Shown one piece after another: positions 18,977 to 28,080 of a DNA stretch of 64,000 bases. The DNA comes from an uncultured Clostridia bacterium (lineage in GTDB: Bacteria > Bacillota > Clostridia > TANB77 > CAG-508): assembly GCA_934140005.1 (NCBI GenBank), contig CAKPBB010000006.1, forward strand, positions 2,604 through 66,603, in the 5' to 3' direction. Position numbers and translations under genes: made by a program. Every line of letters starts with the position of its first letter. Within the stretch, counting starts at the first letter, position 1. The notes beneath the pieces were generated by a model. That model made no database searches. It saw nothing but the letters and a program-made list of their open reading frames with translations, and was not told the DNA's origin.

Positions 18977-19198
18977 ATGTTAGTAAAACCACCAGTTACA
19001 GAATTATTAAAAATTATTGATGATAGATTTGAATTAATTACAATCGCATCAAAAAGAGCAAGACAAATTGCACAAGGAGCACCTGTTCTTACAGATCATC
19101 CAGAAGATAAATCTCCTGTTACACTTGCAGTTTGGGAAATTTCAGAAGGAAAAGTTAAATTAGACGATGTATCAGAAAAAGCATCAGAAAAAGAATAA
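18977..19198 (+). CDS. rpoZ: DNA-directed RNA polymerase omega subunit
   Basis: 73 aa. ...RFELITIASKRARQI. Confidence 0.85.
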   Translation: MLVKPPVTELLKIIDDRFELITIASKRARQIAQGAPVLTDHPEDKSPVTLAVWEISEGKVKLDDVSEKASEKE

Positions 19199-19213
19199 TA
19201 AAAGGAGACTTAT

Positions 19214-19774
19214 ATGGAAAAGAAATGCGTAATTTCAATTTCAGGAGAACTTGCTAGTGGAAAAGGTACTGTTTCTAAATTATTAGCTAAAGAACTAGAT
19301 TATTCTATTTATAGAAATGGAGAATATGCTCGTAAATTAGCTAAAGACAAGGGACTAGATATTACAAGTTTTAATGAATATTTAACAGTACACCCAGAAA
19401 TAGATAGACAAATTGAAAAAAGTGCAGCAGAATATGCAGAAGAGCATAATAACTTTATTATTGATGCAAGACTTGGCTGGTATGCAGTACCAAATTCATT
19501 TAAGGTATATCTTACAATAGATATTGATGAAGCTGCTAAAAGAGCATTTAATGATGCTAATAGAAAAGATACAGAAAAATTTGAAACTGTTGAAGAGCAA
19601 AAAGCAGATATGCAAAGAAGATATAAAATGGAGAATGAAAGATACTTTAATGTATATGGCATACATAAAGAAGACTTAAATAACTATGATTTAGTTGTAG
19701 ATACAACTAAATTAACTCCAGAAGAAGTTAAAGAAAAAATTTTAGATGGCTATGAAGAATGGTTAAGTGAATAA
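19214..19774 (+). CDS. P-loop nucleotide kinase, cytidylate-kinase-like family
   Basis: Walker A GELASGKGT and overall (d)CMP-kinase-like layout. Exact substrate unknown. Confidence 0.6.
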   Translation: MEKKCVISISGELASGKGTVSKLLAKELDYSIYRNGEYARKLAKDKGLDITSFNEYLTVHPEIDRQIEKSAAEYAEEHNNFIIDARLGWYAVPNSFKVYLTIDIDEAAKRAFNDANRKDTEKFETVEEQKADMQRRYKMENERYFNVYGIHKEDLNNYDLVVDTTKLTPEEVKEKILDGYEEWLSE

Positions 19775-19865
19775 AATTGCAAGGAATATGAGTTTTAAAA
19801 GGCTCATATTTTTCTTTACTTAAATTTTGAATTATGGTAAAATAGTAGCATTGTAGGGAGAGAAT

Positions 19866-22103
19866 ATGTACGCTGAAATAATAATAAATAGTAATGCAAG
19901 AGCACTTAATAGAATATTTGATTATATAATTCCAAATTCGCTTGAAAATGTTATAAAAGTAGGTTCAAGAATTTTTGTGCCATTTGGAAACGGAAAAAAA
20001 TTAGAAGATGGTTTTGTAATTGGAATTAAAGAAAAATCAGAATTTGCAAATAAGGAAATTGCAAAAATTGATGAAGAAGAAAGTCTAACTGAAGAAAAAA
20101 TTTTACTTGCAAAACTAATGGCAAGAAAGTATTTTTGTAATATTTCAGATTGTATAAAACTAATGTTGCCTCCAGGCACTGGTGCAAAAGAAACGGAAAA
20201 TAGAACAAAAGAAAAGCTAGGAAATTTTGTATATTTAAAAAAGCAAAAAGAGGAAATAGAAGAAGAATTAGCAAATAATAAAATTAAAAGTGAAAAGCAG
20301 AAACGTGCATTAAATTTTTTATTGAAAAATGATGGAATTTATGTGATAGATTTAGAAAGTTTAGCAGATGTAAGCAAAAGTGTTTTACAAACTTTAAACA
20401 AGAATGGATATATAGATTTTATTTCAGAGCAAATCGAAAGAAATCCTTTTGTTAATAAAAATATTGAAAGAGATGAGAAAAAAATATTAACAGAAGAACA
20501 ACAAGTATGTTTTGATGGAATAAATTATTGTATTGAAAATAATGAATATTCAACTAATTTGATATATGGCATAACAGGTTCTGGAAAAACAGAAATTTAT
20601 TTACAACTGATTGAATCAGCCTTAAAATTAAACAAATCAGCAATAGTACTAGTTCCAGAAATTTCACTTACACCACAGATGGTTGATAGATTTCTTGCTA
20701 GATTCGGAGAAAAAATTGCAGTTTTACATAGTAAATTATCAAATGGGGAAAGGTTTGATGAATGGCAAAAGATAAAGAGAAATGAAGCTAAAATTGTAAT
20801 AGGTGCTCGTTCAGCAATTTTTGCACCTGCTCAAAATTTAGGAATAATTATAATTGATGAAGAACATGATGCAAGTTATAAATCTGAAATGACTCCTAAA
20901 TATAATGCAAAGGAACTTGCTAAATATATTGCCGAAAAATCAAATTGTCCTTTAGTATTAGGAAGTGCTACTCCAGAAATAAATAGCTTTTATCATGCGA
21001 AAAAAAGAGATTATGAACTTTATAAATTAACTAAAAGAGCCAATAGAGCAGAATTGCCAGATACCAAAATAATTGATTTGAGATATGAACTTTCAAAGGG
21101 CAATCGTTCAATGCTTAGTACAGAATTGCAAGAAGAAATAAAAAGAAATTTGCAAAATAAAGAGCAAACTATATTATTTTTGAATAGGAGGGGTTTTTCT
21201 ACTTTTATAATGTGTAGAAGCTGTGGCTATGTTGCAAAATGTAAAAATTGCAATATTAGTTTAACATATCATAAATATGAAAACAAATTAAAATGCCATT
21301 ATTGTGGCTATGAAACTGCTGTTATGACAAAATGCCCAGAATGTAATAGTGATAAAATAAAATATTTTGGTACTGGAACACAAAAATTAGAAGATGAAAT
21401 TCATAAATTATTTCCAACAGCTTCAACAATAAGAATGGATATTGATACAGTAGGAAAGAAAAATTCCTATGAAGAGATTTTAGGAAAATTTAGAGATGAA
21501 AATATAGATATATTAGTTGGAACACAGATGGTTGTAAAAGGACATCATTTTCCAAATGTTACATTAGTTGGTGTTGCATCAGCTGATGGTGCTTTGAATA
21601 TTGAAGATTATAAATCAGCAGAAAGAACATTTCAAACAATTGTACAAGTTGCAGGAAGAGCGGGAAGGGAAAATAAAAAAGGAAGAGTATATATTCAGAC
21701 ATACAATCCGGATCATTATGCCATAACTTTAGCACAAAAACAAAATTATGAAGAATTTTTTAATTTGGAGTTGGATTTAAGAAAAAGGTTGAATTATCCG
21801 CCTTTTTGCGATATAATACTAATTAGGTTTAATGGAAAAAATTTATCTGAAATTCAAAAAGTTTCACTAAAAATGTATAATGCTTTAAATAGTATTTTAG
21901 ATAAGCAAAAAAATATTTTATACAAACCCGTTCCAGCACCAGTAGATAAAATACAAAATAAATATAGGTATCGAATGATTTTAAAGGGAAAAGTGAATCT
22001 AAAATTGATTGATTGTATAAAATATAGTATGGAAGAAAATGTAATTGGCAAAATAAAAGATACAACTATTACAGTAGATATCAATCCGAATAATATGATA
22101 TAA
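19866..22103 (+). CDS. priA: Primosomal protein N' (replication restart helicase)
   Basis: 745 aa. GITGSGKTEIY Walker A, DEEHD box, Cys-rich zinc region CRSCGY...CKNC...CHYCG...CPEC. Confidence 0.95.
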   Translation: MYAEIIINSNARALNRIFDYIIPNSLENVIKVGSRIFVPFGNGKKLEDGFVIGIKEKSEFANKEIAKIDEEESLTEEKILLAKLMARKYFCNISDCIKLMLPPGTGAKETENRTKEKLGNFVYLKKQKEEIEEELANNKIKSEKQKRALNFLLKNDGIYVIDLESLADVSKSVLQTLNKNGYIDFISEQIERNPFVNKNIERDEKKILTEEQQVCFDGINYCIENNEYSTNLIYGITGSGKTEIYLQLIESALKLNKSAIVLVPEISLTPQMVDRFLARFGEKIAVLHSKLSNGERFDEWQKIKRNEAKIVIGARSAIFAPAQNLGIIIIDEEHDASYKSEMTPKYNAKELAKYIAEKSNCPLVLGSATPEINSFYHAKKRDYELYKLTKRANRAELPDTKIIDLRYELSKGNRSMLSTELQEEIKRNLQNKEQTILFLNRRGFSTFIMCRSCGYVAKCKNCNISLTYHKYENKLKCHYCGYETAVMTKCPECNSDKIKYFGTGTQKLEDEIHKLFPTASTIRMDIDTVGKKNSYEEILGKFRDENIDILVGTQMVVKGHHFPNVTLVGVASADGALNIEDYKSAERTFQTIVQVAGRAGRENKKGRVYIQTYNPDHYAITLAQKQNYEEFFNLELDLRKRLNYPPFCDIILIRFNGKNLSEIQKVSLKMYNALNSILDKQKNILYKPVPAPVDKIQNKYRYRMILKGKVNLKLIDCIKYSMEENVIGKIKDTTITVDINPNNMI

Positions 22104-22118
22104 AAAGGAGATATAGAT

Positions 22119-22601
22119 ATGGCTATTAGAAATTTAAGATACGAAGGAGACGAGATATTAAGTAAAAGAGCAAGAGAAATAGATGTTATAGACGATAAAA
22201 TAAAAGAACTTGCACAAGATATGATGGACACAATGCATAAATATGATGGAGTTGGGCTAGCAGGTCCACAAGTAGGAATTTTAAAAAGAATAATAGTAAT
22301 AGATTTATATGAAGAAGGAACTCAATATATGCTTGTAAATCCAGTTATATTAAAAGAAAAAGGCGAACAATTAGTAGATGAAGGATGTTTGAGTTTTCCT
22401 AATAAATTTGGCAAAGTAAAAAGGCCAAAAGAAGTGCTAGTTGAAGCTTTAGACTTAAATGGAAAGAAAGTTAGAATAAAAGCAAAAGACTTATTAGCAC
22501 AAGCTTTATGTCATGAAATAGATCATTTAAACGGAGTAGTATTTGTTAAGAGAGTTGAACCTGGAACTCTAGAAACAATTACACCAGATAAAAATAAATA
22601 A
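22119..22601 (+). CDS. def: Peptide deformylase
   Basis: Motifs GVGLAGPQVG, EGCLSFP, HEIDHLNG. Confidence 0.95.
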   Translation: MAIRNLRYEGDEILSKRAREIDVIDDKIKELAQDMMDTMHKYDGVGLAGPQVGILKRIIVIDLYEEGTQYMLVNPVILKEKGEQLVDEGCLSFPNKFGKVKRPKEVLVEALDLNGKKVRIKAKDLLAQALCHEIDHLNGVVFVKRVEPGTLETITPDKNK

Positions 22602-22649
22602 ATTCTAGGATATTTTAAAGAAGGGAAAAGTTTTTATAAAACTTTAGGT

Positions 22650-23624
22650 ATGAAAATGAGAATTCTTTTTATGGGTACACCAGATTTTGCAGCAGAATCA
22701 TTAAAAGCAATTGTAGAAAATGGATATGAGGTTTGTGGAGTTGTAACAAATCCAGATAGACCAAAAGGTAGAGGAATGAAAATGTTATATTCACCAGTTA
22801 AAGAATATGCATTAGAGAAGAATTTGAAAATATTTCAACCAGAAAAGATAGCAAATAACGAGGATTTTAAAAATGAGATTAGAAACTTAAATGTTGATAT
22901 AGCTTGTGTTGTAGCTTATGGTAAAATTCTACCTAAATCATTTTTAAAGATTCCTCGTTTAGGTTGCATAAATGTTCATGGCTCTTTGTTGCCTCAATAT
23001 AGAGGTGCAGCACCAATACAGTGGGCTATTTTAAATGGTGACAAAGAAACAGGAATTACAACAATGTATATGAATGAAAAAATGGATGAAGGAGATATTA
23101 TTTTACAAGAAAAAGTTGAAATTGGAGTAGATGAAACAACAGGAGAATTATGGTCAAAACTTTCAAATGTTGGAGCAAATTTATTGATTAAGACATTAAA
23201 AGAAATTGAAAATGGTACTGCTAAAAGGATAACTCAACCAGAAAATTTTACATTAGCTCCAATGCTAAATAAAGAAATGTCAAAAATAAATTGGAATGAG
23301 CAAACATCTACTACAATTAAAAATTTAGTAAGAGGTTTAAACCCTATTATGGGAGCTTATTCAATGCTAAATAATAAAAAAATAAAATTTTGGAAAGTAC
23401 AAGTTTTATCAGAAAAAGAGATGTCAACAATTCTTTCAAATGTAGAACTAAAAGAATACCAAAATGGAGAAGTTGTGTATAGTTCAGATAAATTAGGATT
23501 ATACATAAAAGCAATTGATGGCTATATTTCAGTATTAGAAATTCAAGGAGAGAATTCTAAAAAGATGGATATAAATTCTTTCCTAAGAGGAAATAATATT
23601 TGTGAAGGTGATATATTAAAATAA
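22650..23624 (+). CDS. fmt: Methionyl-tRNA formyltransferase
   Basis: ILFMGTPDFA, NVHGSLLPQYRGAAPIQWAI. Follows def. Confidence 0.95.
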   Translation: MKMRILFMGTPDFAAESLKAIVENGYEVCGVVTNPDRPKGRGMKMLYSPVKEYALEKNLKIFQPEKIANNEDFKNEIRNLNVDIACVVAYGKILPKSFLKIPRLGCINVHGSLLPQYRGAAPIQWAILNGDKETGITTMYMNEKMDEGDIILQEKVEIGVDETTGELWSKLSNVGANLLIKTLKEIENGTAKRITQPENFTLAPMLNKEMSKINWNEQTSTTIKNLVRGLNPIMGAYSMLNNKKIKFWKVQVLSEKEMSTILSNVELKEYQNGEVVYSSDKLGLYIKAIDGYISVLEIQGENSKKMDINSFLRGNNICEGDILK

Positions 23625-23650
23625 AAATTGTTGAAATATTGCATCTGATA

Positions 23651-23787
23651 AAATTATATAATATATGTTTTGAAATACCGCGTAAGCGACCAAACGAACA
23701 AAGTGAGTGCGAATGGAGCAATCTTCATATAAAATAAAAATAGAAGATTGCGACACCAAGGTATAGAAAACATATATTATATAATTT
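23651..23787 (+). repeat. Copy 1 of a three-copy ~135-nt intergenic element (putative structured RNA)
   Basis: Perfect 21-bp closing stem (23651-23671 with 23767-23787), a conserved 59-nt core GAAATACCGCGTAAGCGACC...ATCTTCATAT, and inner hairpin GCAATCTTC/GAAGATTGC. Confidence 0.9.
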
Positions 23788-23813
23788 TAATGTAATAACT
23801 TTAGTAATTTTGC

Positions 23814-23842
23814 TTGCACAAAAAAAGGTATATTGTTATACT
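23814..23842 (+). promoter_or_regulatory. Candidate sigma-A promoter, TTGCAC-17 nt-TATACT
   Basis: Hexamers at 23814-23819 and 23837-23842, between repeat copy 1 and asp23. Confidence 0.35.
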
Positions 23843-23866
23843 TATTATATAAAAGGAGGTTTTCAA

Positions 23867-24298
23867 ATGGAAGAAAACAAAGAAGATATAAAAGTAGAGG
23901 ATAAGGAAGAAAAAACAGAGAATATAGAAGAAATTTCAGGTATTGATGGTGTTCGCATTTCTAATGATGCAATTGCAACTTATGCTGGAATTGCTGTTTC
24001 AGAAGTACAGGGAGTGTATGGAATGTCTGGAACTTTTGCTGGAATTACAGAAGCTTTAATTGGAAAGAAAAATTTAGGAAAAGGCATAAAAGTAGATGCA
24101 GATGAAAAATCAGCAAAAATAGATGTAAACATTATAGTTGAATATGGTGCTAGAATTCCAGATGTAGCTTTTGAAATTCAAACACGTGTAAAAAAATCAG
24201 TAGAAACAATGACAGGATTAAAAGTAAATGAAGTAAATGTTCACGTCCAAGGTGTTCATGCAATTACAGAAAAAGAGCAAGAAGAGGAAGAAAAATAG
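23867..24298 (+). CDS. asp23: Asp23/Gls24-family envelope (alkaline shock) stress protein
   Basis: ISNDAIATYAGIAVSEVQGVYGM...VNVHVQGV. ATG 23867 follows AAGGAGG. The longer track ORF start lies in non-coding sequence downstream of the repeat. Confidence 0.88.
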   Translation: MEENKEDIKVEDKEEKTENIEEISGIDGVRISNDAIATYAGIAVSEVQGVYGMSGTFAGITEALIGKKNLGKGIKVDADEKSAKIDVNIIVEYGARIPDVAFEIQTRVKKSVETMTGLKVNEVNVHVQGVHAITEKEQEEEEK

Positions 24299-24328
24299 AA
24301 ATATTTGTGGTAAAATAGGAGGAAAAAA

Positions 24329-24964
24329 ATGAAACTAATAGAAAGATTTTCTTTAAGATTATTTTCAATTATTATTATATTCTTATCAATAATTACAATA
24401 TTAACAGTAACGAGTGTACTACATATAGATTTTTTAGTTAGAGCTTTAAGCTTTACTGCAGAAAATGAAACTTATGCAAGAATTACAATAATTGTATCAG
24501 TAATATTGATTTTGTTAGGTATTAAAAGTCTTTTAGCAAGATTAAAACCAGAAGATGAAAGTAAAAACGGAATTATATTAGAAAATGCAAGTGGAAAATT
24601 AGTTATTTCTAAAGAAAGCTTAGAAAATTTAATAGCTGGTGTATCAAAAAATATTCCAGGTGCTGAATCAATTTCTAGTAAAACTGTTTTAGATAAAGAT
24701 AGAAATTTAAAGGTTTATGTAACAACAGTAGTAAGTGATGATGTTGTTTTAAAAGATATATCAACAGATTTACAAAAAAGAATAAAAGAAGCAATGAAAA
24801 AGACTGCTGATTTAGATGTAAAAGAAGTTAATATCAAAATAAAAAATATTACAAACAAAAAAGCAAAGTCTAAAGTTGCAAAAGAAAACGCAAATACAAA
24901 ACCAGAATCAACAATAGAAACAAATGAAGAAGTAAAACAAGAAATTGATAATGGGGAGGAATAA
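24329..24964 (+). CDS. amaP: Alkaline-shock-response membrane anchor protein (AmaP-like)
   Basis: Two N-terminal TM helices plus an Asp23-like C-terminal region. Conserved position after asp23. Confidence 0.6.
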   Translation: MKLIERFSLRLFSIIIIFLSIITILTVTSVLHIDFLVRALSFTAENETYARITIIVSVILILLGIKSLLARLKPEDESKNGIILENASGKLVISKESLENLIAGVSKNIPGAESISSKTVLDKDRNLKVYVTTVVSDDVVLKDISTDLQKRIKEAMKKTADLDVKEVNIKIKNITNKKAKSKVAKENANTKPESTIETNEEVKQEIDNGEE

Positions 24965-24966
24965 TT

Positions 24967-25182
24967 ATGGAAGAGAAACCAGAAAATTTTATGGACTTTA
25001 TTGTAAAATATAAAGGTGCTATTATCGGTGGAATTATTGCTATTTTATTAGTTTGTACAGGGCTTTTTAAATTACTATTATCACTTATAGTAATTGTAGG
25101 AGGTATATTTTTAGGAAATTATATACAAAACAATAAAGATTCTGTTAAAGATACATTAAAAAAGTATATTGATAAATTTTAA
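24967..25182 (+). CDS. Small integral membrane protein (DUF2273-like)
   Basis: 71 aa with two TM helices. Typical third member of asp23 clusters. Confidence 0.6.
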   Translation: MEEKPENFMDFIVKYKGAIIGGIIAILLVCTGLFKLLLSLIVIVGGIFLGNYIQNNKDSVKDTLKKYIDKF

Positions 25183-25209
25183 AATATGAAGCAAAATTAG
25201 GAGGAAAAT

Positions 25210-25629
25210 ATGCAAAGATCTGCAATGAGAGAACTTGCTTTTAAGCTTGTTTATGAAATGGAAGTACAAAAAGAGGAAGAAATTGAGATTTTTCTTGAAA
25301 ATAATGAAGTTACTGATGAAAAAGTTATAGAATACTTAAAAGATATAAAAAATGGAATTACAGAAAATGCAGAGCAAATTAATTCTTTAATAACGAACAA
25401 TTTAAAAGAAAATTGGAGCTTGAATAGAATTTCAAAAATAAATTTAAGCTTAATAAAACTTGCAATTTATGAAATGATATATAAGGATTTACCATATAAA
25501 GTTGCTATAAATGAAGTTGTTGAATTAGCTAAAAAGTATGCAGATGATTCAGCACCAGTATTTATTAATGGAATACTTGCTAGCGTTGTAAAAGAAAAAG
25601 GTTTAAATGGAGATAAGAATGAAAATTGA
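25210..25629 (+). CDS. nusB: Transcription antitermination factor NusB
   Basis: 139 aa. RELAFKLVYEMEV..., WSLNRISKINLSLIKLAIYEM, INGILASV. Confidence 0.9.
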   Translation: MQRSAMRELAFKLVYEMEVQKEEEIEIFLENNEVTDEKVIEYLKDIKNGITENAEQINSLITNNLKENWSLNRISKINLSLIKLAIYEMIYKDLPYKVAINEVVELAKKYADDSAPVFINGILASVVKEKGLNGDKNEN

Positions 25630-26809
25630 TCCGATTACAGTTACCGAACTAAATCGATATATGAAAGATAAAGTAGAATTAGATGAATTTTTAAATAATG
25701 TTTTAGTAAAAGGTGAAATATCAAACTATAAACATCATTATACAGGTCATTTATATTTTACTTTGAAAGATGAAAATTCGTTAATAAAATGTATAATGTT
25801 TAAGTCATCTGCTGTGAATTTAAAATTCGAACCTAAAGATGGAATGAAAGTTATTGTTTATGGTACAGTTTCTGTATTTGAAAGAGATGGCGTTTATCAA
25901 ATTTACTGTAAAGGTATGCAAGAAGATGGAATGGGCAGTTTGTATACAGCTTATGAGGAATTAAAAAAGAAACTGCAATTAGAGGGTCTTTTTGATGAAA
26001 AGCATAAAAAGAAAATACCATTTATGCCTAAGATAATTGGTGTTTTAACATCTAATACAGGAGCTGTTATTCGTGACATAATAAATGTGTCAACAAGAAG
26101 AAATCCAAATGTGAATATAAGATTATTTCCAGTACCTGTACAAGGTCCAGGAGCTGGAGAGAAAATTGCAGACGCTATAAAAATAATGAACGAAAAGAAA
26201 TTAGCAGATGTACTTATAGTCGCAAGAGGCGGAGGCTCTTTAGAAGATTTATGGCCATTTAATGAAGAAGTTGTTGCAAGAGCAATATACAATTCAGAAT
26301 TACCAGTTATTTCAGCTGTTGGTCATGAGACAGATTTTACAATTGCCGATTTTGTTGCAGATTTAAGAGCACCAACTCCATCAGCAGCTGCTGAACTTGC
26401 GGTAACAGATGTTAAGGAATTAGAAAATAATTTAAATTTGTATAAAAATAGATTAAAAATGGCACTTAATAGAAAAACTCAAATAATGAGATTAAGATAT
26501 GAAAAGTGTATGAACTCAAGGGTATATAAATTTCCAAAGCAACATATTTCAGAACAATATCAAATTGTAGATAATAATTGTAAAAAAATGGAAAATTTAG
26601 TATTGCAAAAATTAAAGGATTCTAAATTAAATGCTATGAAATGGATTACAAAATTAGATACATTAAGTCCACTAAAAACTCTTACGAGAGGATATTGTTT
26701 AACAGAATATGATGGAAAACTTGTTACTAAAGCAAAAGATTTAAAAAATGGTATGGATGTTGATTTAAAATTTCAAGATGGAACTAAAAAAGCTACCATA
26801 AAAGAATAG
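25607..26809 (+). CDS. xseA: Exodeoxyribonuclease VII large subunit
   Basis: OB-fold N-terminus (VKGEISNYKHHYTGHLYFTLKD), VARGGGSLEDLWPFNEE, SAVGHETDFTIADFVADLRAPTPSAAAE. Confidence 0.95.
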   Translation: MEIRMKIDPITVTELNRYMKDKVELDEFLNNVLVKGEISNYKHHYTGHLYFTLKDENSLIKCIMFKSSAVNLKFEPKDGMKVIVYGTVSVFERDGVYQIYCKGMQEDGMGSLYTAYEELKKKLQLEGLFDEKHKKKIPFMPKIIGVLTSNTGAVIRDIINVSTRRNPNVNIRLFPVPVQGPGAGEKIADAIKIMNEKKLADVLIVARGGGSLEDLWPFNEEVVARAIYNSELPVISAVGHETDFTIADFVADLRAPTPSAAAELAVTDVKELENNLNLYKNRLKMALNRKTQIMRLRYEKCMNSRVYKFPKQHISEQYQIVDNNCKKMENLVLQKLKDSKLNAMKWITKLDTLSPLKTLTRGYCLTEYDGKLVTKAKDLKNGMDVDLKFQDGTKKATIKE

Positions 26810-26820
26810 GAGAAAATCTA

Positions 26821-27330
26821 ATGAGAAGAAATAATAAAAATAATAAATTTAGAAAAATTTTATATATTGTACCAGTTTTATGCGTAATTGCAGTAGGTGC
26901 ATTATTTTATATGTTATTTGATATGAATAATAAAATAGAAGAAAAGAATTATGGAGTTGATACTAATTCATCTTCTGAAAATACAAACACTATTGAAAAT
27001 AACGATAATAATAATAATACATCACAAGAAAATAATGTAATAAATAATAATTCAAATAATACTGAAAATACAATAGATAACAATACTTCTAACTCAAATA
27101 ATAACAATAGTCAAACACAAGAACCAACAGGAAATTTAACAAATTCAACAGATAAAAAAGAACAAGCTATTGCACTTGTTAAAAAAGAGTGGGGAGAAGA
27201 TGATACCGTATTATTTGATTGCTATGTAAATAATAATGGAGATTATATTGTTACGATTTCAACAAATTCTGGAAGTGTTATTTCATATTATAAAGTTGAT
27301 TTAGATAAGAAGACAATTGAAATATATTAA
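26821..27330 (+). CDS. Hypothetical membrane-anchored Asn-rich protein inserted between xseA and xseB
   Basis: N-terminal TM helix, a poly-N/T low-complexity linker, and a small C-terminal domain. Confidence 0.5.
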   Translation: MRRNNKNNKFRKILYIVPVLCVIAVGALFYMLFDMNNKIEEKNYGVDTNSSSENTNTIENNDNNNNTSQENNVINNNSNNTENTIDNNTSNSNNNNSQTQEPTGNLTNSTDKKEQAIALVKKEWGEDDTVLFDCYVNNNGDYIVTISTNSGSVISYYKVDLDKKTIEIY

Positions 27331-27360
27331 TATAAGTTTGACTAAAAGAAAGGATTGCAA

Positions 27361-27591
27361 ATGGAAAATAAAGAAAAAGATTTTGAAGAATTAATGAAAA
27401 ATTTAGAAGAAATTACAACACAATTAGAAAGTGAAAACTTAACATTAGATAAATCAGTTGAATTATTTGAAAAAGGTATGAAAATTTCTAAGGAATGTAA
27501 TGAAAAATTAGAAAATGCGGAAAAGAGAATTACAATGTTGATAAATGCGGAAACAGAAGAAGAAGTTGATTTTGTTCCTAAAGCAGAATAA
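27361..27591 (+). CDS. xseB: Exodeoxyribonuclease VII small subunit
   Basis: FEELMKNLEEITTQLESENLTLDKSVELFEKGMKISKECNEKL. ATG 27361 is preferred on SD spacing. Confidence 0.88.
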   Translation: MENKEKDFEELMKNLEEITTQLESENLTLDKSVELFEKGMKISKECNEKLENAEKRITMLINAETEEEVDFVPKAE

Positions 27592-27610
27592 ATAAAGTTT
27601 GGAGAAGAAG

Positions 27611-28051
27611 ATGGATGTGTTTAAACAAATAATTACAAACAAATGCTTAATAATACCATTTTGTGTTTGGTTTGCAATACAAATATTTAAATTTTTAACA
27701 GATTTAGTTGTAAATAAAAAAATAAATTTAAAAAGATTAATGGGAGCTGGTGGAATGCCTAGTTCTCATTCTGCGGTTGTATGTGCGTTATCTGCTTGTG
27801 TAGGTAAACAATATGGCTTTGATAGTGGAATTTTTGCAATTTCAATTGTAATGGCTTTTGTTGTTATGTATGATGCAGCAGGAGTTAGAAGAGCAGCCGG
27901 AAAACAAGCTAGTATATTGAATAAAATAATTGAAACACCTGGAATGACAACTCTTCAAGTGCAAGAAAAATTAGTTGAAGTTTTAGGACATACACCTGTT
28001 CAGGTTTTTGTAGGTGCAATTATAGGATTTATAATTGGATCTATATTTTAA
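27611..28051 (+). CDS. Divergent PAP2 / DUF212 (YuiD-like) membrane protein
   Basis: GGMPSSHSAVVCAL and MYDAAGVRRAAGKQA motifs. Confidence 0.8.
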   Translation: MDVFKQIITNKCLIIPFCVWFAIQIFKFLTDLVVNKKINLKRLMGAGGMPSSHSAVVCALSACVGKQYGFDSGIFAISIVMAFVVMYDAAGVRRAAGKQASILNKIIETPGMTTLQVQEKLVEVLGHTPVQVFVGAIIGFIIGSIF

Positions 28052-28080
28052 AATTTAATAAAATGAGAGGAATAATAAAT

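Noticed and set aside
23672-23766. Known small self-cleaving ribozyme or riboswitch identity for the repeat core
   Set aside because: I looked for the hammerhead CUGANGA...GAAA core, twister/pistol-like conserved boxes, T-box specifier/T-loop features and common riboswitch cores. None is conserved across the three copies. The CTGATAA just upstream of copy 1 is absent from copies 2 and 3. No family assignment is made.
23810-23866. N-terminal extension of the asp23 ORF (MLAQKKVYCYTYYIKGGFQ)
   Set aside because: It starts at a TTG inside the predicted promoter. The real start is the ATG at 23867, directly after AAAGGAGG.
26950-27130. AAT/AAC-rich low-complexity DNA (also 52800-53150) that looks superficially like a short tandem repeat array
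   Set aside because: There is no fixed period or spacer structure. It is in-frame poly-Asn/Thr/Ser linker coding sequence, not a CRISPR or VNTR array.
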